A stretch of 64,000 nt of DNA, counting the filler, from Asterionella formosa (lineage: Eukaryota): the NCBI GenBank assembly GCA_002256025.1. It is 14 parts of 14 records of this genome, joined end to end, with 100 filler letters (N's around TTAATTAATTAA, not from the genome) between each part and the next. Parts side by side here need not be neighbours in the genome. Positions count along the whole stretch, not along the records: positions 35,429 to 36,488 come from NKIB01004616.1; positions 36,589 to 37,648 come from NKIB01004617.1; positions 37,749 to 54,770 come from NKIB01004618.1; 11 more parts are not named here. One strand, given 5' to 3'. A program made the translations under genes and the position numbers. A model generated the notes under the pieces. It worked only from the letters and a program-made list of their open reading frames with translations, was not told the DNA's origin and did no database searches. Positions 35,429 through 48,361 of the stretch are shown in pieces (the first letter of the stretch is position 1; every line of letters begins with the position of its first letter).

Positions 35429-36488
35429 GCACTCAGGATGACTCAGACCCAAATGTTAGAACTACAAGGTCTGGAAGAGTCTCAAGACCACCATCAAAAC
35501 TAACTATGGTCCAAAATCATTTGCATACCCAAGCACACTGTCGAGAAGAATACACGACTGATAATGCGAAAGTGATCGCAAAGACAATGTGTTATATGAA
35601 TGAGATATGTATCGATAAAGAAGCATTTCACTTTGTTCAGTCATACAGCTTAAGGAAAGGCCTCAAGAAATTTGGCCAGAAAGGAAGAGACGCTGCTTAT
35701 AAGGAAATGAAACAACTACATGATAGAGTTGTATTTGAACCGATTAGGATTGAAGACCTAACTGATATCGAAAAGCGACGTGCAATGGAAAGTCTAATTT
35801 TTTTGGTTGAAAAGAGAGACAAGAGCATTAAAGGCAGAGCATGTGCCAATGGCAGTTCGCAACGTGAATACATGGAAAGAGATGAAGCAGCTAGTCCAAC
35901 TACCATGACTGAATCTGTTATGATAACAGCAACAATTGATGCGAAGCAAAATCGCGATGTTATGACTGCAGATATACCCAATGCATTTGTGCAAGTGGAT
36001 ATCGATGAGAAAGAAAAAGGGGAACGAATCATTATGAAGATTAGAGGTTTGCTTGTCAATATGTTGACAGAACTCAGCCCCGAGACTTATGAAAATTATG
36101 TTGTTTATGAAGGGAACAACAAGGTCCTATATGTTAGGATGATCAAGGCATTATATGGCATGTTACAGTCATCATTATTATATTATAAGAAATTTCGGAA
36201 GGATATTGAGTCAATTGGATTCAAGGTAAACCCATATGATCCATGTGTTGCAAATCGCATTGTTAATGGCAAACAGCACACAGTTACTTGGCACGTAGAC
36301 GATTTGAAATCAAGTCACGTGGACAGCAAAGTGAATGATCAATTTTTGGAATGGCTCAAAAAGAAATACGCTTCTGACGAAATTGGTGAAGTCAAGGTCA
36401 TGCGTGGAAAGAAGCATGATTATTTGGCTATGACGCTAGATTACTCTATTCCAGGAGTGTTGAGGGTGGACATGACCAAATATGTGAA
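35429..36488 (+). mobile_element. Ty1/Copia (CoDi-type) reverse transcriptase fragment
   Basis: YSLRKGLKKFG, KGRACANG, DIPNAFVQ, KALYG, NPYDPCV, WHVDD, HDYLAM. Confidence 0.93.
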
Positions 36489-36588
36489 NNNNNNNNNNNN
36501 NNNNNNNNNNNNNNNNNNNNNNNNNNNNNNNNTTAATTAATTAANNNNNNNNNNNNNNNNNNNNNNNNNNNNNNNNNNNNNNNNNNNN

Positions 36589-36725
36589 CCGTACATGGCA
36601 GCCTCTACAGAGCTGCGACAGAAAATAATAGGGAAAAACATAGTACCACTATTACCGTACATGGCAGCCTCTACAGAGCTGCGACAGAAAATAATAGGGA
36701 AAAACATAGTACCACCATAACCGTA
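36589..36725. repeat. 66-bp tandem repeat, at least 2 units, cut by the contig edge
   Basis: CCGTACATGGCAGCCTCTACAGAGCTGCG... at 36589 and 36655; a third start CCGTA at 36721. Confidence 0.92.
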
Positions 36726-36926
36726 GGTGCTACTTAAAGGTGATGATAAAAGATGTAGACGTACTACCTGGTACCGGTAGTAACTCGTCAGCCTGGCTAA
36801 TTATCGCGCCAGTTAAATTCATAAAAGCAATATTATGATAACTACCGGGTAGTTATCATAAGAATCAACACATCACGAGCATTTTAACAAACTACGTGTT
36901 AACTTAACTTTTGCCAAACCACCACC

Positions 36927-37648
36927 ATGTGGGCCAATCGACACAATTCTGCATCGTTGTCTGATACAGACTCCATACCAGACAATCCTGCATCGGATGG
37001 ATACGACGATTATCAACTTGAGGAGTATAATGAATCGGAAGAGAGTGTCAAAGGAGATGGGAGGTTGACGGCAGAACAAGAAAGAGATAAACTCCAAATT
37101 CTATTGTCTGAGAGTACACAGGAAATCAAGCGCCTACGTGAATTAGCAGCTGAAAACAACCGTTTAACAATTGGAGTAGTAGGTGGAATTGGCCGGTGCA
37201 AACATTGGACAAACCTTCTGGCTAGCTGGGTCAGAGAGGAATTGTTTCCAAAAGTTAAATTCGTCACAGGTGATTATGATTTGGAAATGAGGGAACCCAA
37301 CAGCATTGCTTGTGCTGTTCGTTATCATTTCCCATCACTCAGAAATGGTACTGACGAAGAGTTTGAATCATTTTGGTTCACATATAAGTGTGACATCAAC
37401 AAAAATATGTCTGAAAAAAGGAATGCTGTTTCAACATCAATCAGAAAGGGTTTCAAAAGTAAGTTCAAAATGAGGTGTCGTGCTTGCTGTTGGCTTCCTG
37501 TTCCAAACAAGAATACTTAACTATAAAAACAGGAATGGTTGAGGATGGAAAGTTACAGTTCCTTTCCCGGAATACGATTGTTCAGTCCAGGACAGAACCA
37601 CCAGATGTTGGTAAAGTTGAAGAGCATCCCTTCATTATTCTAGTGAAT
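36927..37648 (+). CDS. Partial hypothetical protein (VRE.LFP..KF ... FW ... KR family); exons 36927-37458 and 37533-contig end
   Basis: GTAAGT...AACAG intron keeps the frame. Possibly repeat-associated. Confidence 0.55.
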
Positions 37649-39570
37649 NNNNNNNNNNNNNNNNNNNNNNNNNNNNNNNNNNNNNNNNNNNNTTAATTAA
37701 TTAANNNNNNNNNNNNNNNNNNNNNNNNNNNNNNNNNNNNNNNNNNNNTCTTCTGCTCTTAAGTCCTCGTCGGATCAATCCACCGGGGATTTCTGAAGAT
37801 TAATAATCCTTTCCTATCAACTTCTTCAGCTGTAATGCGCTTTCCATTGTATCAGCAGTACCCTTGTAATGTTCCGGTACGTGGATTCAGCTCCAGGATT
37901 GTCCGTTTACTAGCAGAAATAGTTTATGTTCAAATATTTTAGCAAGCAGTGAGGGGTGAGTTTCCCATTTATGCGAGTTTACATCATCATCCTACCACAT
38001 ATTTGTGATTCACTGCTCCATATAGTATACATAAGAAAATGCTGGTCATGAGCAAACCAAGTATTTATACCGTTATGTAGAAGGAACACACCCAACCGCA
38101 AGAGAGGAAGGGCGGTGTGTGCTGTTGCCGTTGGGGATCCCCGGTGTACGTCGCGACATTTATCCCTGTCGTACCATCTAAACTTAGTCTTGGCGAGAGC
38201 ACCACTGGTCGTTGAGGAAGTAACAGTATACGGCTACCTAATTCAAAGTGCAATACTGCCTGACTACCGGTATCATTTATATGGCCAGGTTGGATGTTCA
38301 TATTTTGGTTTGTCCAGTCAAGTCATCTCGCAGATAAATGCATTTAAAATGTTAAAAAGTATCATTTCATTCACACCCCCTTCAGGAAGACGACGATGCA
38401 CAAATCTTATTTCTTTGCGATGGCTTTTTCTGTCATTTTTAACTTTTGCAATCGACGCACCGACAGGTGGTATTATGCATTTTTTATTTGTTATCACGAC
38501 GAGCAATGATTTTTTAAAACTTACATACCTCTCTCTACACTGGTAACTTGTTATATAGATGAACTATTATACCCACCTGGTAACCAGTACTGGTACCCGG
38601 GTACCGGCAGACTATCAGCTGAGCACTGTCAATATGTATGTACGCGGAGTAATAAATAAACTTCCCGGTATGCTGTTACCGCGGTAGTTCGGGACTTATC
38701 AAAGTACCGGTAAGTCATTATGTCCCGGTCTTGATATTTATTTATGATTCGTGCTGGTACGACAACGGTTGGATAAAACTACCTGTATGATTACCGGTAG
38801 TGGGGTATAAATATCAGTACCGTATGGTTAGAGGTGTCGTACCTGGTAACAGCTATATATGAATCGCTGTGCATGGACGGTGTATCTGGAGTCATTTGTC
38901 GACCGAATAGCTATGACCAACAGGGTAGTACATGATACCTTGGTGCAAATCGTTACAAACTGATGGCTGCTCCTCATATTGAAGGGATAATTATGCACGC
39001 AACAAACAATTCGTGGCATTTTGAAGTTGCGGCCTACTACCAATGAGCATGCATGTTTAGTTTATCATTCTTGCAAAAAAAAAGTAAATTAGGCATTCAC
39101 GTACGACTTATTTTCTGTCCCCTACTGCCCTCGCTGTCATTACATTCGCCCATCAACACTTTGCTCCACTGCGGATGGCGACACGATGCTTCGATTTGCA
39201 AATTCCATGGTATGTATTGGTCTAGTCTACTGGAATATCCTGTATACTTACAGTTTCACAGAATTATTGTATCGTGGTTTATGCAGAAGTACCAGTATGT
39301 TTACATACCAGTTCTACGCTGAGTAAGAACGATGAGGACTCGAAAACGAGTTACCAGGGGTGTACACATGTTCTATGGCTCCTCTAGGTCTAGTCTATAG
39401 TCCACTGGTAAAAGATTCGTCGTTTATGTTCACATAATATTTCCTTCTTGCACAATAGATTAATCAAATCCTTCAGGCCAACAACTATTCCCTGGAAGGC
39501 ATAAATCTACAAGTCGAAGAATCATCAGGTGGACTGCCTAAACCAACCATACTTCATCATCATCATCATC

Positions 39571-40071
39571 ATGCAACCAGCATCAAATCTCATGAACAGC
39601 ATTTCTGTAAGCGACAGTGAAGACGACGACGAGGGCGAGGTCGTTGCATCAACAACAAATGCTTCCACCAAGGCGAACTGCCGTGTAGATCAATTGGATG
39701 CCATAATCGATGCATGGGATGATATGAGACACCGTGCAAAATCGCTCGGCTCGTTCTTAATGCAGACTCAGCAATGTGAAATCAAGAAACGAGTTCACGA
39801 ATTGGTTCAGTTTACCTCCTCGAACCATCATGGAGAGCATGTTCCAAAGAAACGGCGCACTAGCAGCTGTGCTTGTCAAGAGCCAAACGAGGACGAGGTT
39901 GTCACTGATGCCATAATTAACGAGGAGAAGGCGTATCTCGGGAAGATGATGAGTCAAATGAAGCGAATGGCTACGATTCTTCGTACTGTTGAAAGCGCAC
40001 AATCTCTTCTTCGGAACGAGCTGGACGAACTTTTCGAAGAGGCTCAACGCGAGAACATTTATGAAATGTAG
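39571..40071 (+). CDS. Small hypothetical coiled-coil protein with NLS-like PKKRR
   Basis: ORF with coding-like composition; first ATG at 39571. Confidence 0.65.
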   Translation: MQPASNLMNSISVSDSEDDDEGEVVASTTNASTKANCRVDQLDAIIDAWDDMRHRAKSLGSFLMQTQQCEIKKRVHELVQFTSSNHHGEHVPKKRRTSSCACQEPNEDEVVTDAIINEEKAYLGKMMSQMKRMATILRTVESAQSLLRNELDELFEEAQRENIYEM

Positions 40072-41042
40072 TCCTCGGCATTCAACAGCCTTGTGGACGG
40101 AAGCGTCGTTAACGTATCTTCTTTATAACAATGCATGTGTGATAATCTACTGCTAGTCTAGCTTTTCGAATCAGCAAGAGTCGGTTAGCTACTAGGGAGT
40201 AAGAGTACCTTTTATTTACTAGGTGCGCAATATTATAAATGATGTGAAAACGCTGATCCTCGTCCAGCCAAGCAAAGCGCTGATGCTGGATGTGTCGTAT
40301 CACGTATTATTCGTGTTGATTTTTTTCCGAAGGCCTCTTTGTTTGTTGGAGGAACTATAGGAACAACAATGATGACCGAGGTATCTCGTAAAACAACAGC
40401 ATCGATACCGTTTGAACCACCAGTTGACTCTTTGTTACAATCATGTTGACATATATATCCATAAATTAATATTTATTGTTTCCCTGTCATAGTCATCAGA
40501 CACATGGCTATCGGATGCCCCATTTTTATATATTGACGGGGCATAGTAATTACCAGCCGCGAGACGAAATATATGGCACAGTTTATAGCGAAGCCATTCT
40601 CAGAAAAATCCCAATTTAATAGTGAATATATAATTATAACCCACGACCCCTTTTACCGGTATCTTATGAACACTATGTATTATTGTCATTTTTAATTTTA
40701 TTACCATTTGTCGGGACATCCACTTTTTGAATAAAGCAAAATAATTGTGGATGAGACGGGACCACATTTGTTCCTTGTGGTTCTTTGCACCGGATCATGT
40801 TGATTGGTCATTTCAACACATCATTACCATTAAGATAATAAAGCCGTGACAGATGGGTTCGACCCCAAGAAAAAAAAGCGATGCCACAGGTTTGTTGATT
40901 CTTGTTTGAAAGGACGTTGGATACTTGATGTTCACTCACAGTTTGTATCGTGGTGTCCAATTTCAAAATGTCGTGGCGGTGGATATGTGTCGTGGATATC
41001 CCTAAAGCTGCAAGAACAAAGTACTGGTAAGCGTCTACCGGT

Positions 41043-42729
41043 ATGAATTGCACTGTCAATGATTCTATAGCTACTATCCAAAGTACAATGTCGAGAGTGA
41101 GGACGAGGTCAAATCACCAGGACGGACAAAGCACACTTTCTCAAAGAATACTGGACAATGACAAGAACATGTCAATGAATTCTCCTTTTCCAGCTGTTGA
41201 TGACTACGCCACCACAATCCAAGTTTCGGCAGCTTGTCTACGAAAGTTGAATGGAGTACTGACTGAAATTACTGATGATGCGTTGATCCAAGCGCTCATT
41301 TTTCCATCTTGTCGTCGATCGAATCGTGCTCGAAAGCAAAATATTACCATGTTGGATCAATCACATCATGACAACTATGATCCTCATTACTTATCACACA
41401 CTCATCATCATGATGGTCGTGCTACCTCGATCACAATGTCCCCTCCATTGAAGAAGCGGAAGACCGCAGCAGCACGTCCGCTCGTTACTCCTCCTTCTCC
41501 CACTTGCAATCCTCCTTACCGCCAGCATGGATCAGGATTTCTAATGGCGTTGACGCCTTCTGGTACAGTATGCCCTGAAAAGTCATTGGGAGCTTTGGCA
41601 TGCCGCTTTCGTCAATACATTCAGGTAAGAAGCAAGGAGAACATGAAAATACCATCATAATGGTTGATTCAATTGTCTGTCAAACCACAAAATATAGTTT
41701 CAGTTTGTTGCGTGATCAATTAATTTTCCTGATTTACTTTCAATGGTTGACAAATCGACACTTTGCTTCACCTTTATCTTCCACAAACTATTACTATTAT
41801 ACTGCTGCTATTATCTAACACAAGTTTCGAACCACCAATATAACTACTTGCAGAATCAACCTGATCAAATCATTGATGTCAAGGAGGCTGCTGAGATACT
41901 TCAAGTGGAACGGCGTCGGTTGTACGATGTCACCAATGCATTGGAAGGTGCTGGTTTGGTGGAAAAGGTAGATCCGGGAGTGTCCTGTGTGCATGGGACG
42001 TACCGGTGGATCGGTCCCATTACCCACAGCACTCTTCCCGAACAACCACGAAACCTTCATAACACCACCATTGTTCTAATAGACCCAAAGCTACATCAAG
42101 AACAGCTACAACTGGACCATTGGATAAAGATGCTACAGTCACAAACTGGTTTTCATCAAGACAAGAATATTACTGGTAGTTCCGTCATGTGCCATCGCCT
42201 TTACATCCATTCCACTCACCTTCAGCAACTGTTATCACCAGAAGAAACTTTCCTTACAATTGTTCCACCACTAGGATCTCAGCTTTTGAATGATTTGACG
42301 CACCCACATGCTGTCTCCATTCAATTACCAACAACATCCTCTTCAACGACAGTAACGAATACTATTCCACTTGTGTATTTGATGGAAGCTTCCAAAAACA
42401 CCAAGATCAAACTTCATTTTGACGAAGGAGTTCCATTGTCTCCATCAGCACCTCGTCCTCCTTGGTTGGATAGATGTACTTCAGATGGATGGAATTTGGA
42501 TTCTACAATGTGGAGTCAGCATTACAGGACCACATTAGATGACAAACACCATCAGTACGGAGAAATGTTGGTGATGACTCCACCAGGGAAACCATATCAT
42601 CATCAGGATATTGACAATTATGATAATGATGATGATGATTGTGACCACCATCAGTATTGGCTACAAGGCATTTCCTCACCGCCCTTGCTCCGAACCACAT
42701 CCTCAAGTGCTGTTGTGAATGTAGTATAA
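41043..42729 (+). CDS. E2F-family transcription factor; exons 41043-41624, 41854-42729
   Basis: Phase-0 intron joins EKSLGALACRF...IQ to NQPDQIIDVKEAAEILQVERRRLYDVTNALEGAGLVEK. Divergent coiled-coil/marked-box region follows. Confidence 0.88.
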
Positions 42730-43019
42730 TACGAAATGAATAATACCGGTAATAGATAATATGTATCATACATGAATTCTATCTCGCTACCCTACCCTAC
42801 ATCATGTCAAGATAGTACACCAAATGAGCCAAAAATAGTCATTGCAATCAACAAAACCAAGTACAAATATATGTTGGCAACAATCAAGAGCAAAATGAAA
42901 GAATGAATGCATTGTGCACTGACAATGAATGAACCGAAAAATCTTTTGGTAACTATACATTTACATATTATGCAGTATACCATGTAATATAAGTACTATA
43001 TTAAGAAGGTACTAGAGTA

Positions 43020-43946
43020 CTACAGAGTCACTTGCGGTTCACCAAATCCCTTGTGTGGCAACTTTTTCTTCTTCTTCTTGGAAGCTGCCTCTCGACGTTG
43101 TTCTCGATTCAATATTTTTTCTTCGTCAGTCAATGCTTCATATTCCGTCGGATATTCTTCTTCAAAGACACCATCATATTCAAAATCATCTTCAGTGTCA
43201 AGTTCTTCAGTAAACAAGACAGCATCATCCACAAATTCCGTTTCTTCAACTGCGTCGTCATATGCCGCTACCATGTCATCATCATTTTCGTCATAGTCAG
43301 TCGCTTCATCCAAACCTGCTTGAATGGCAGCTTCTTCCGCGTCCACCGGTGGTTGTTTCTTTTTATTCTTGGTAATGTATAATGTATTTGGATCTAATTT
43401 CTTTTTCCCCTGATCCAATTTGACCACATTGCCCATGAGTGTCTTTCTTTTTAAAAACGTCATGGCGCATGTTGCAAACATGGGGTCTGTAAAAATTACA
43501 AATCCATATTGTTTGGATAGATTTGTTTTCCAATCTCGAATGACCTTGATCGATTTGACATTCAAGACATGTCCCAAGTGTTCTTGTAAGAATTCTCGTA
43601 CATGTGACTCGGTGGCACTGGCAGGTAAGTTTCCAATAAACACTTTACATGGATCCACAAATGTTTTAGTTCCAACCTTGCCAGAGGTTAAGATACGAGC
43701 ATGGTTGGTAGAACTAAGGATCGAATCGGCTCCACTGTTCCTACCCGATGGTCGTGAGACTTTCATGGTAAAATAATGGTGCTGCGAGCGAGGAGCTACC
43801 TTTTGGTACCGAAGAGCATCGTGTGTCACCATGGGAACAAACGAAAGTGCATTTGTTACATCAATGATCATCATCATCATCATCATAGTTATCATCATGA
43901 TGGAGCGAAGGAGCAATCCGGAACGTTGTTGTTGTTGCTGCAACAT
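43020..43946 (-). CDS. RRM RNA-binding protein, probably plastid-targeted
   Basis: RNP2 VFIGNL, RNP1 KQYGFVIF; signal-like ...VTNA-LSF; acidic then Lys-rich tail. Confidence 0.87.
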   Translation of the reverse strand: MLQQQQQRSGLLLRSIMMITMMMMMMIIDVTNALSFVPMVTHDALRYQKVAPRSQHHYFTMKVSRPSGRNSGADSILSSTNHARILTSGKVGTKTFVDPCKVFIGNLPASATESHVREFLQEHLGHVLNVKSIKVIRDWKTNLSKQYGFVIFTDPMFATCAMTFLKRKTLMGNVVKLDQGKKKLDPNTLYITKNKKKQPPVDAEEAAIQAGLDEATDYDENDDDMVAAYDDAVEETEFVDDAVLFTEELDTEDDFEYDGVFEEEYPTEYEALTDEEKILNREQRREAASKKKKKKLPHKGFGEPQVTL

Positions 43947-45048
43947 GATTGGATGGAACTCGTATGGCACTATTCTACAACGGTATGCTGGCGTGTGATA
44001 CACCGGTCGTCTGCTCCTTGTGGAAGAGTCTACCGGTATGTACTAGTGGGCAGAAGGAGAAAATGGGATGTGGTACGACGGTAGGTAATATAAATGAAAG
44101 AATGGACCGAAAAGAACATGTAGCATCAGAAACCCTCACTTTCATCACCTCGACCTATTTACATGTAGCTACCTGGTACTACTGGTATAACGGCATGCTG
44201 TACGCTGGAATACAAGTGTGTGCGTGCATTTGTACAAGGCAGGTAAACTCTGGTACCTGGTACCAGTACCATACAGTACATAGTTGATGAAAACCACAAC
44301 AAAATAGGAGCAAAGAAAGAAAAACAATCAACAAAGCATCAACGTTTTCACTGGCCGCCAACAATGTGAAGCACCATCATGCAGAGAAACGTATCGTGAC
44401 GGTTGGCAGGCAGGTTATTGTCGTTGTCGATCGTATGTATGTATCGTGAACTTTTTTTAAATTACCAGGTACCAGGTACCACCGCTAAAATTACATAAAT
44501 TACCTACCATACATAGTTTGTACAGCCAGTTGTTGTGAATAAATTGTTTACATTTTCATGTACCAGGTACCGGTAGGGATTACCGTACGTCTGATCTACC
44601 ATGTACCGGTACTCGACATTGCTGATATGTACAGCAACATGGCTCCAATATCTGATGTGGTCTACAAATTATTTATTGCATAGACTCTACCCTGTTGCAT
44701 CTTCACACAGCACTGGGACCAGGTATGGTACCTGGTACCTGCAGGTAACAGTATCTTATATATAGGCTGACTGTCATAAATCCATGATACATTCAAGTTC
44801 TGGCACACCGCACATACATAATATAGGTACAGTACATATTGGTCAAATGTTTCTTCCAACATACCTCCACTTGCTGTCCACGTTCATCATTGAATGACTT
44901 TACCAGAGGTATGCTGCAATATACCTCTCCTAATAATTACCGTTATGTATGAATAATATGACAACAGCAAGCAATAAAATATATAGAAAAATTAATTTTG
45001 TCAGGATCAAGAACAAGAAGGGAAGAAACAACAGCAAGATCAAGAACA

Positions 45049-46365
45049 ATGCCGCTCCTTCCCTCAGCCGCATTGGCCGAGAAACTCTCTGGTCATGCAC
45101 AGCAGTCCCCGTCATCATTAGCGCCTCATACTCGTCCCAAGGCCATCCCCAGTCGCTCCTTCTATCAATCGCATTGCGTTTACTTGCCCGCCATGGTGGG
45201 ATGGTTCTTCTTTAGCGCCGTTCTCTCCAGTTACAACAAGGTTGTCTTTGGTGGCGATCGATTGGCCTTCCCATGCCCACTGCTACTAACCAGCATACAC
45301 TTCCTCGTGCAATGGATCTTCTCGTACGCCATCAGCTCCATCTTCCCAATCACCTACGGGGGGCCACGAATCAGAGCCATGACCTACAAGGACTTTCTGA
45401 TTGTCTCCATCCCCTGTGGCATGGTCACCTCGGGAGATGTGGGCCTGTCCAATCTTGCACTGGTACGCATCAGCATTACATTTTACACCATGATCAAATC
45501 ATCGACACCCATTTTTGTAGTGCTGTGGGCATATTTCTTTGGCATTGAACGCATCACTATTCCATTGGTACTAGTAGTGGCCATTATTGCGACTGGAGAA
45601 TGTTTGACAGTCATGGGGGAAGTCAACTATGACTGGACTGGAACTGCCATGTGTTTGGGGGCATCCATCTTGTCAGGAGCACGATGGACCTTGGTGCAAC
45701 TAAAGTTGCATCAAATGGACCCACCTGTCAAATCGGCCATTGCCATTATGAGAATACTGTCGCCTACCATGTTTCTCAGCATGTTACTTATATCTTGTGC
45801 CATTGAGCGACCATGGATACCATTGTCACATGGATACTTTGAAACACTCGGCGAAGGACTATCCACGCTGGGATTGGGATTGATTGGGGCTATATTTGCC
45901 ATTTCCATGATTTTGTGTGAATTTTACCTTATCCTACATGCAAGTGCCATGGTATTAATGATTGGTGGTGTTGTCAAAGAAATGGTGACTATCTTTGTGG
46001 GAGTAGAATTCTTTGATGATTCCTTGAATAGAATCAATTTGACTGGATGTGCCATTGTTTTTATGGGAGTGTTGTTGTATAAGGTTTACTATCATTTTCA
46101 ACACCAACACGATGACGACAATAAAATGGAAAAGCATTCAAGGCCAACATCGCCCAATGGGACACGTCTTTTCAGCAACAACCAAAACATACTTACGAAA
46201 ACAACTGTGGACTATACAGAAGTCAGCCGTAATGAACTGCAAGATGAGGAGATTTTGGAGGAGAATCCACAAGAAATGGAAATGAGTCGAATGCTTGTGG
46301 CGCAAGATAGTTTGCACCATGATGAAGAGGAATTGCGTTTGAGATTATCCTTGACACATGCATAA
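45049..46365 (+). CDS. SLC35C2-like nucleotide-sugar/TPT-family transporter
   Basis: YNK, FPCPLLLTSIH, DVGLSN, FYTMIKSSTPIF, SGARW, GVVKE; about 10 TM helices. Confidence 0.9.
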   Translation: MPLLPSAALAEKLSGHAQQSPSSLAPHTRPKAIPSRSFYQSHCVYLPAMVGWFFFSAVLSSYNKVVFGGDRLAFPCPLLLTSIHFLVQWIFSYAISSIFPITYGGPRIRAMTYKDFLIVSIPCGMVTSGDVGLSNLALVRISITFYTMIKSSTPIFVVLWAYFFGIERITIPLVLVVAIIATGECLTVMGEVNYDWTGTAMCLGASILSGARWTLVQLKLHQMDPPVKSAIAIMRILSPTMFLSMLLISCAIERPWIPLSHGYFETLGEGLSTLGLGLIGAIFAISMILCEFYLILHASAMVLMIGGVVKEMVTIFVGVEFFDDSLNRINLTGCAIVFMGVLLYKVYYHFQHQHDDDNKMEKHSRPTSPNGTRLFSNNQNILTKTTVDYTEVSRNELQDEEILEENPQEMEMSRMLVAQDSLHHDEEELRLRLSLTHA

Positions 46366-46664
46366 AATGTCGAGTCCCTTTACTATCTCATGTCTCTTTT
46401 TTCCTCCATTATTATATATGCTACCACTATATGTACTCGTTGTCGCACCCAGCATGTATGTATACTAATCAAATGCTAATTCTAATAGACTACCGGTACT
46501 ACCATTACATCACTTACCAAATATATAGAATAGACAAAACCAGGTATATTACTCCAGCAAAGGAAACTACTGCTATACTTCCAGACAACAGCGGTACAAC
46601 TGCCTAGAATTTCATTTATTATTCTTCCCAATATATTTATTATCCATACAACAGCAATAAACTC

Positions 46665-47903
46665 TCATTTTCCCGTTTCTTGTTTATTCTTTGATTCCAG
46701 ATCAATATCAGCATTGGCCATTAAAAAATCGAACACTTCATCGTGATGTTCTGCCGTCATTTCATGCATACCATAAGCCACTGCTATTTCTTCCGCCATA
46801 CTTGCCCACATCCACGAATTTCCAGAATAGCTCACGGGAGACAATTCACCAGGATTGACTTTTTCGTTATTGCTGCCTGTGTTACTGTAGTCATTCAACT
46901 TATATTCTTGCATAGCATCCTTCCATGCAGGCGCACTTTGTAATACCGTGCCATCCGCATCATCCCATAATCCCTTGAACTTTTGCTTCACAAGTTTCAA
47001 AAATGCATGACATCGTCGATCACCTAATTCAGGAAGACGTTGATCACATGATTCAAGTGTGAATGGATGAGGTTGTACTTTAAATTCCTGACAGGGGATG
47101 CCCGCCTCATCCAACGCCGCCATGTGAGTTGCCACCTTGGCTGCTGTCCTTTCATCCCTTGGCATGTGCACATAGGCTGTGGCGGGGATCGTTATTTCTG
47201 AATCATTCAAATCACTTTGCTCATGACCACGTCCCATGACATAGGACACCATGGACTTGAATTCCAATTCCTTAAAGACTTTGAACAAAAAGGCTCCGCC
47301 CGAGCTGGCTCCCATGCCCATGCGGGGCAAGTGCAACGACACCGCCACCTCGGATAAAAAGGCGGGTATGGCATTAGAAATTCTAATAACGTCCTTATCC
47401 GACCAGCAGCCCGAGGAGCGGTCGACACTGGTGGGGGACACAACGACCAGACCTCGATTCAGGGCGGCCATGGCCACAATTCGATCTTCTGGCAGATAAA
47501 AGAACTCTTGACCACCATGATTGCAGCCGTGAAAAAAGATGAGGACCCCAGCCACGCTGGGAGTAGAAGGGAGCATGTAAAAGAGTTCAACTCCACTATC
47601 TGCCATGAGCTTCCCATGAGGGGTCAAAGGAGCCGTCACGCTGGCCCCGCTGGTGGAAATGTGTTGCCCATGATGGACGGCACCGTCGCCTCGAAGTTGC
47701 GGCGTCCAGAGTTCGTCGTAGCCAACATACAGCACCAACAGAACAAACGTAACAATGATGGAAACCACCCTTGACTGTCGGCTTTGGCATTTCATCACTG
47801 CTAATAGGCTGTTGTACATTGTTCGTCCATTCGCGAACGCGACTCGTGTCATGGTGGGCAGTTGAAGAATAAAAATGGGTAAAACGTATAGTACTATTAT
47901 CAT
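46665..47903 (-). CDS. Membrane-anchored alpha/beta-hydrolase-like protein
   Basis: IFFHGC oxyanion motif, GASSGG nucleophile elbow, C-terminal HE, N-terminal TM. Start codon uncertain. Confidence 0.75.
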   Translation of the reverse strand: MIIVLYVLPIFILQLPTMTRVAFANGRTMYNSLLAVMKCQSRQSRVVSIIVTFVLLVLYVGYDELWTPQLRGDGAVHHGQHISTSGASVTAPLTPHGKLMADSGVELFYMLPSTPSVAGVLIFFHGCNHGGQEFFYLPEDRIVAMAALNRGLVVVSPTSVDRSSGCWSDKDVIRISNAIPAFLSEVAVSLHLPRMGMGASSGGAFLFKVFKELEFKSMVSYVMGRGHEQSDLNDSEITIPATAYVHMPRDERTAAKVATHMAALDEAGIPCQEFKVQPHPFTLESCDQRLPELGDRRCHAFLKLVKQKFKGLWDDADGTVLQSAPAWKDAMQEYKLNDYSNTGSNNEKVNPGELSPVSYSGNSWMWASMAEEIAVAYGMHEMTAEHHDEVFDFLMANADIDLESKNKQETGK

Positions 47904-48022
47904 TTCTTTTCATTCACCACAGTATCATGAAACATAGATAGATTTATGATGATTAAATTATATTCAGATGTGTCGATGTGAATAATGTGCACAGTCTATC
48001 GCTCAAGATACCTGGCGTACGA

Positions 48023-48071
48023 GGTACCTGGTACCAGTACCCCGGTTGTGTGGTACCTGGTACCAGGTACC
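48023..48071. repeat. Stacks of TA-CCTGG/CCAG/CCAGG-TA units
   Basis: Read directly; about 120 bp upstream of the ORF starting at 47903. Confidence 0.9.
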
Positions 48072-48361
48072 GTCAACAGTAGACGACCGTACACATTATG
48101 TACTCGAGCAACTTGTTTTACAGACAAGTAGAATTAGTTTGCATAGTATAAGAGATGGTTACAGTTGACTACGCCAAAACCATATATTCTAATCCGAACC
48201 CGCAACAACCAGTATAATGGTTTATCATTATTCGACAACAAAATGTTGTTGTGATGATACAGAAAGCCACACAATCGAAAGTTTAAGAAAAAACCCACAC
48301 CTTTCATATGCTTGAGTGCTTTTACCTACCTATGTGTTATCTTAGTGAGCACGACAGCGTT

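Noticed and set aside
36589..36725. Possible CRISPR array
   Set aside because: Whole units repeat with no unique spacers; eukaryotic context and no cas genes.
34269..37648. Crypton, Copia RT and unknown ORF as one composite element
   Set aside because: They lie on three separate 1060-bp contigs joined by linkers.
40856..40868. GGTTCGACCCC, tRNA T-loop/B-box-like
   Set aside because: No cloverleaf, acceptor stem or A-box nearby.
41625..41853. snoRNA in the E2F intron
   Set aside because: No convincing C/D box pair, terminal stem or rRNA-complementary guide.
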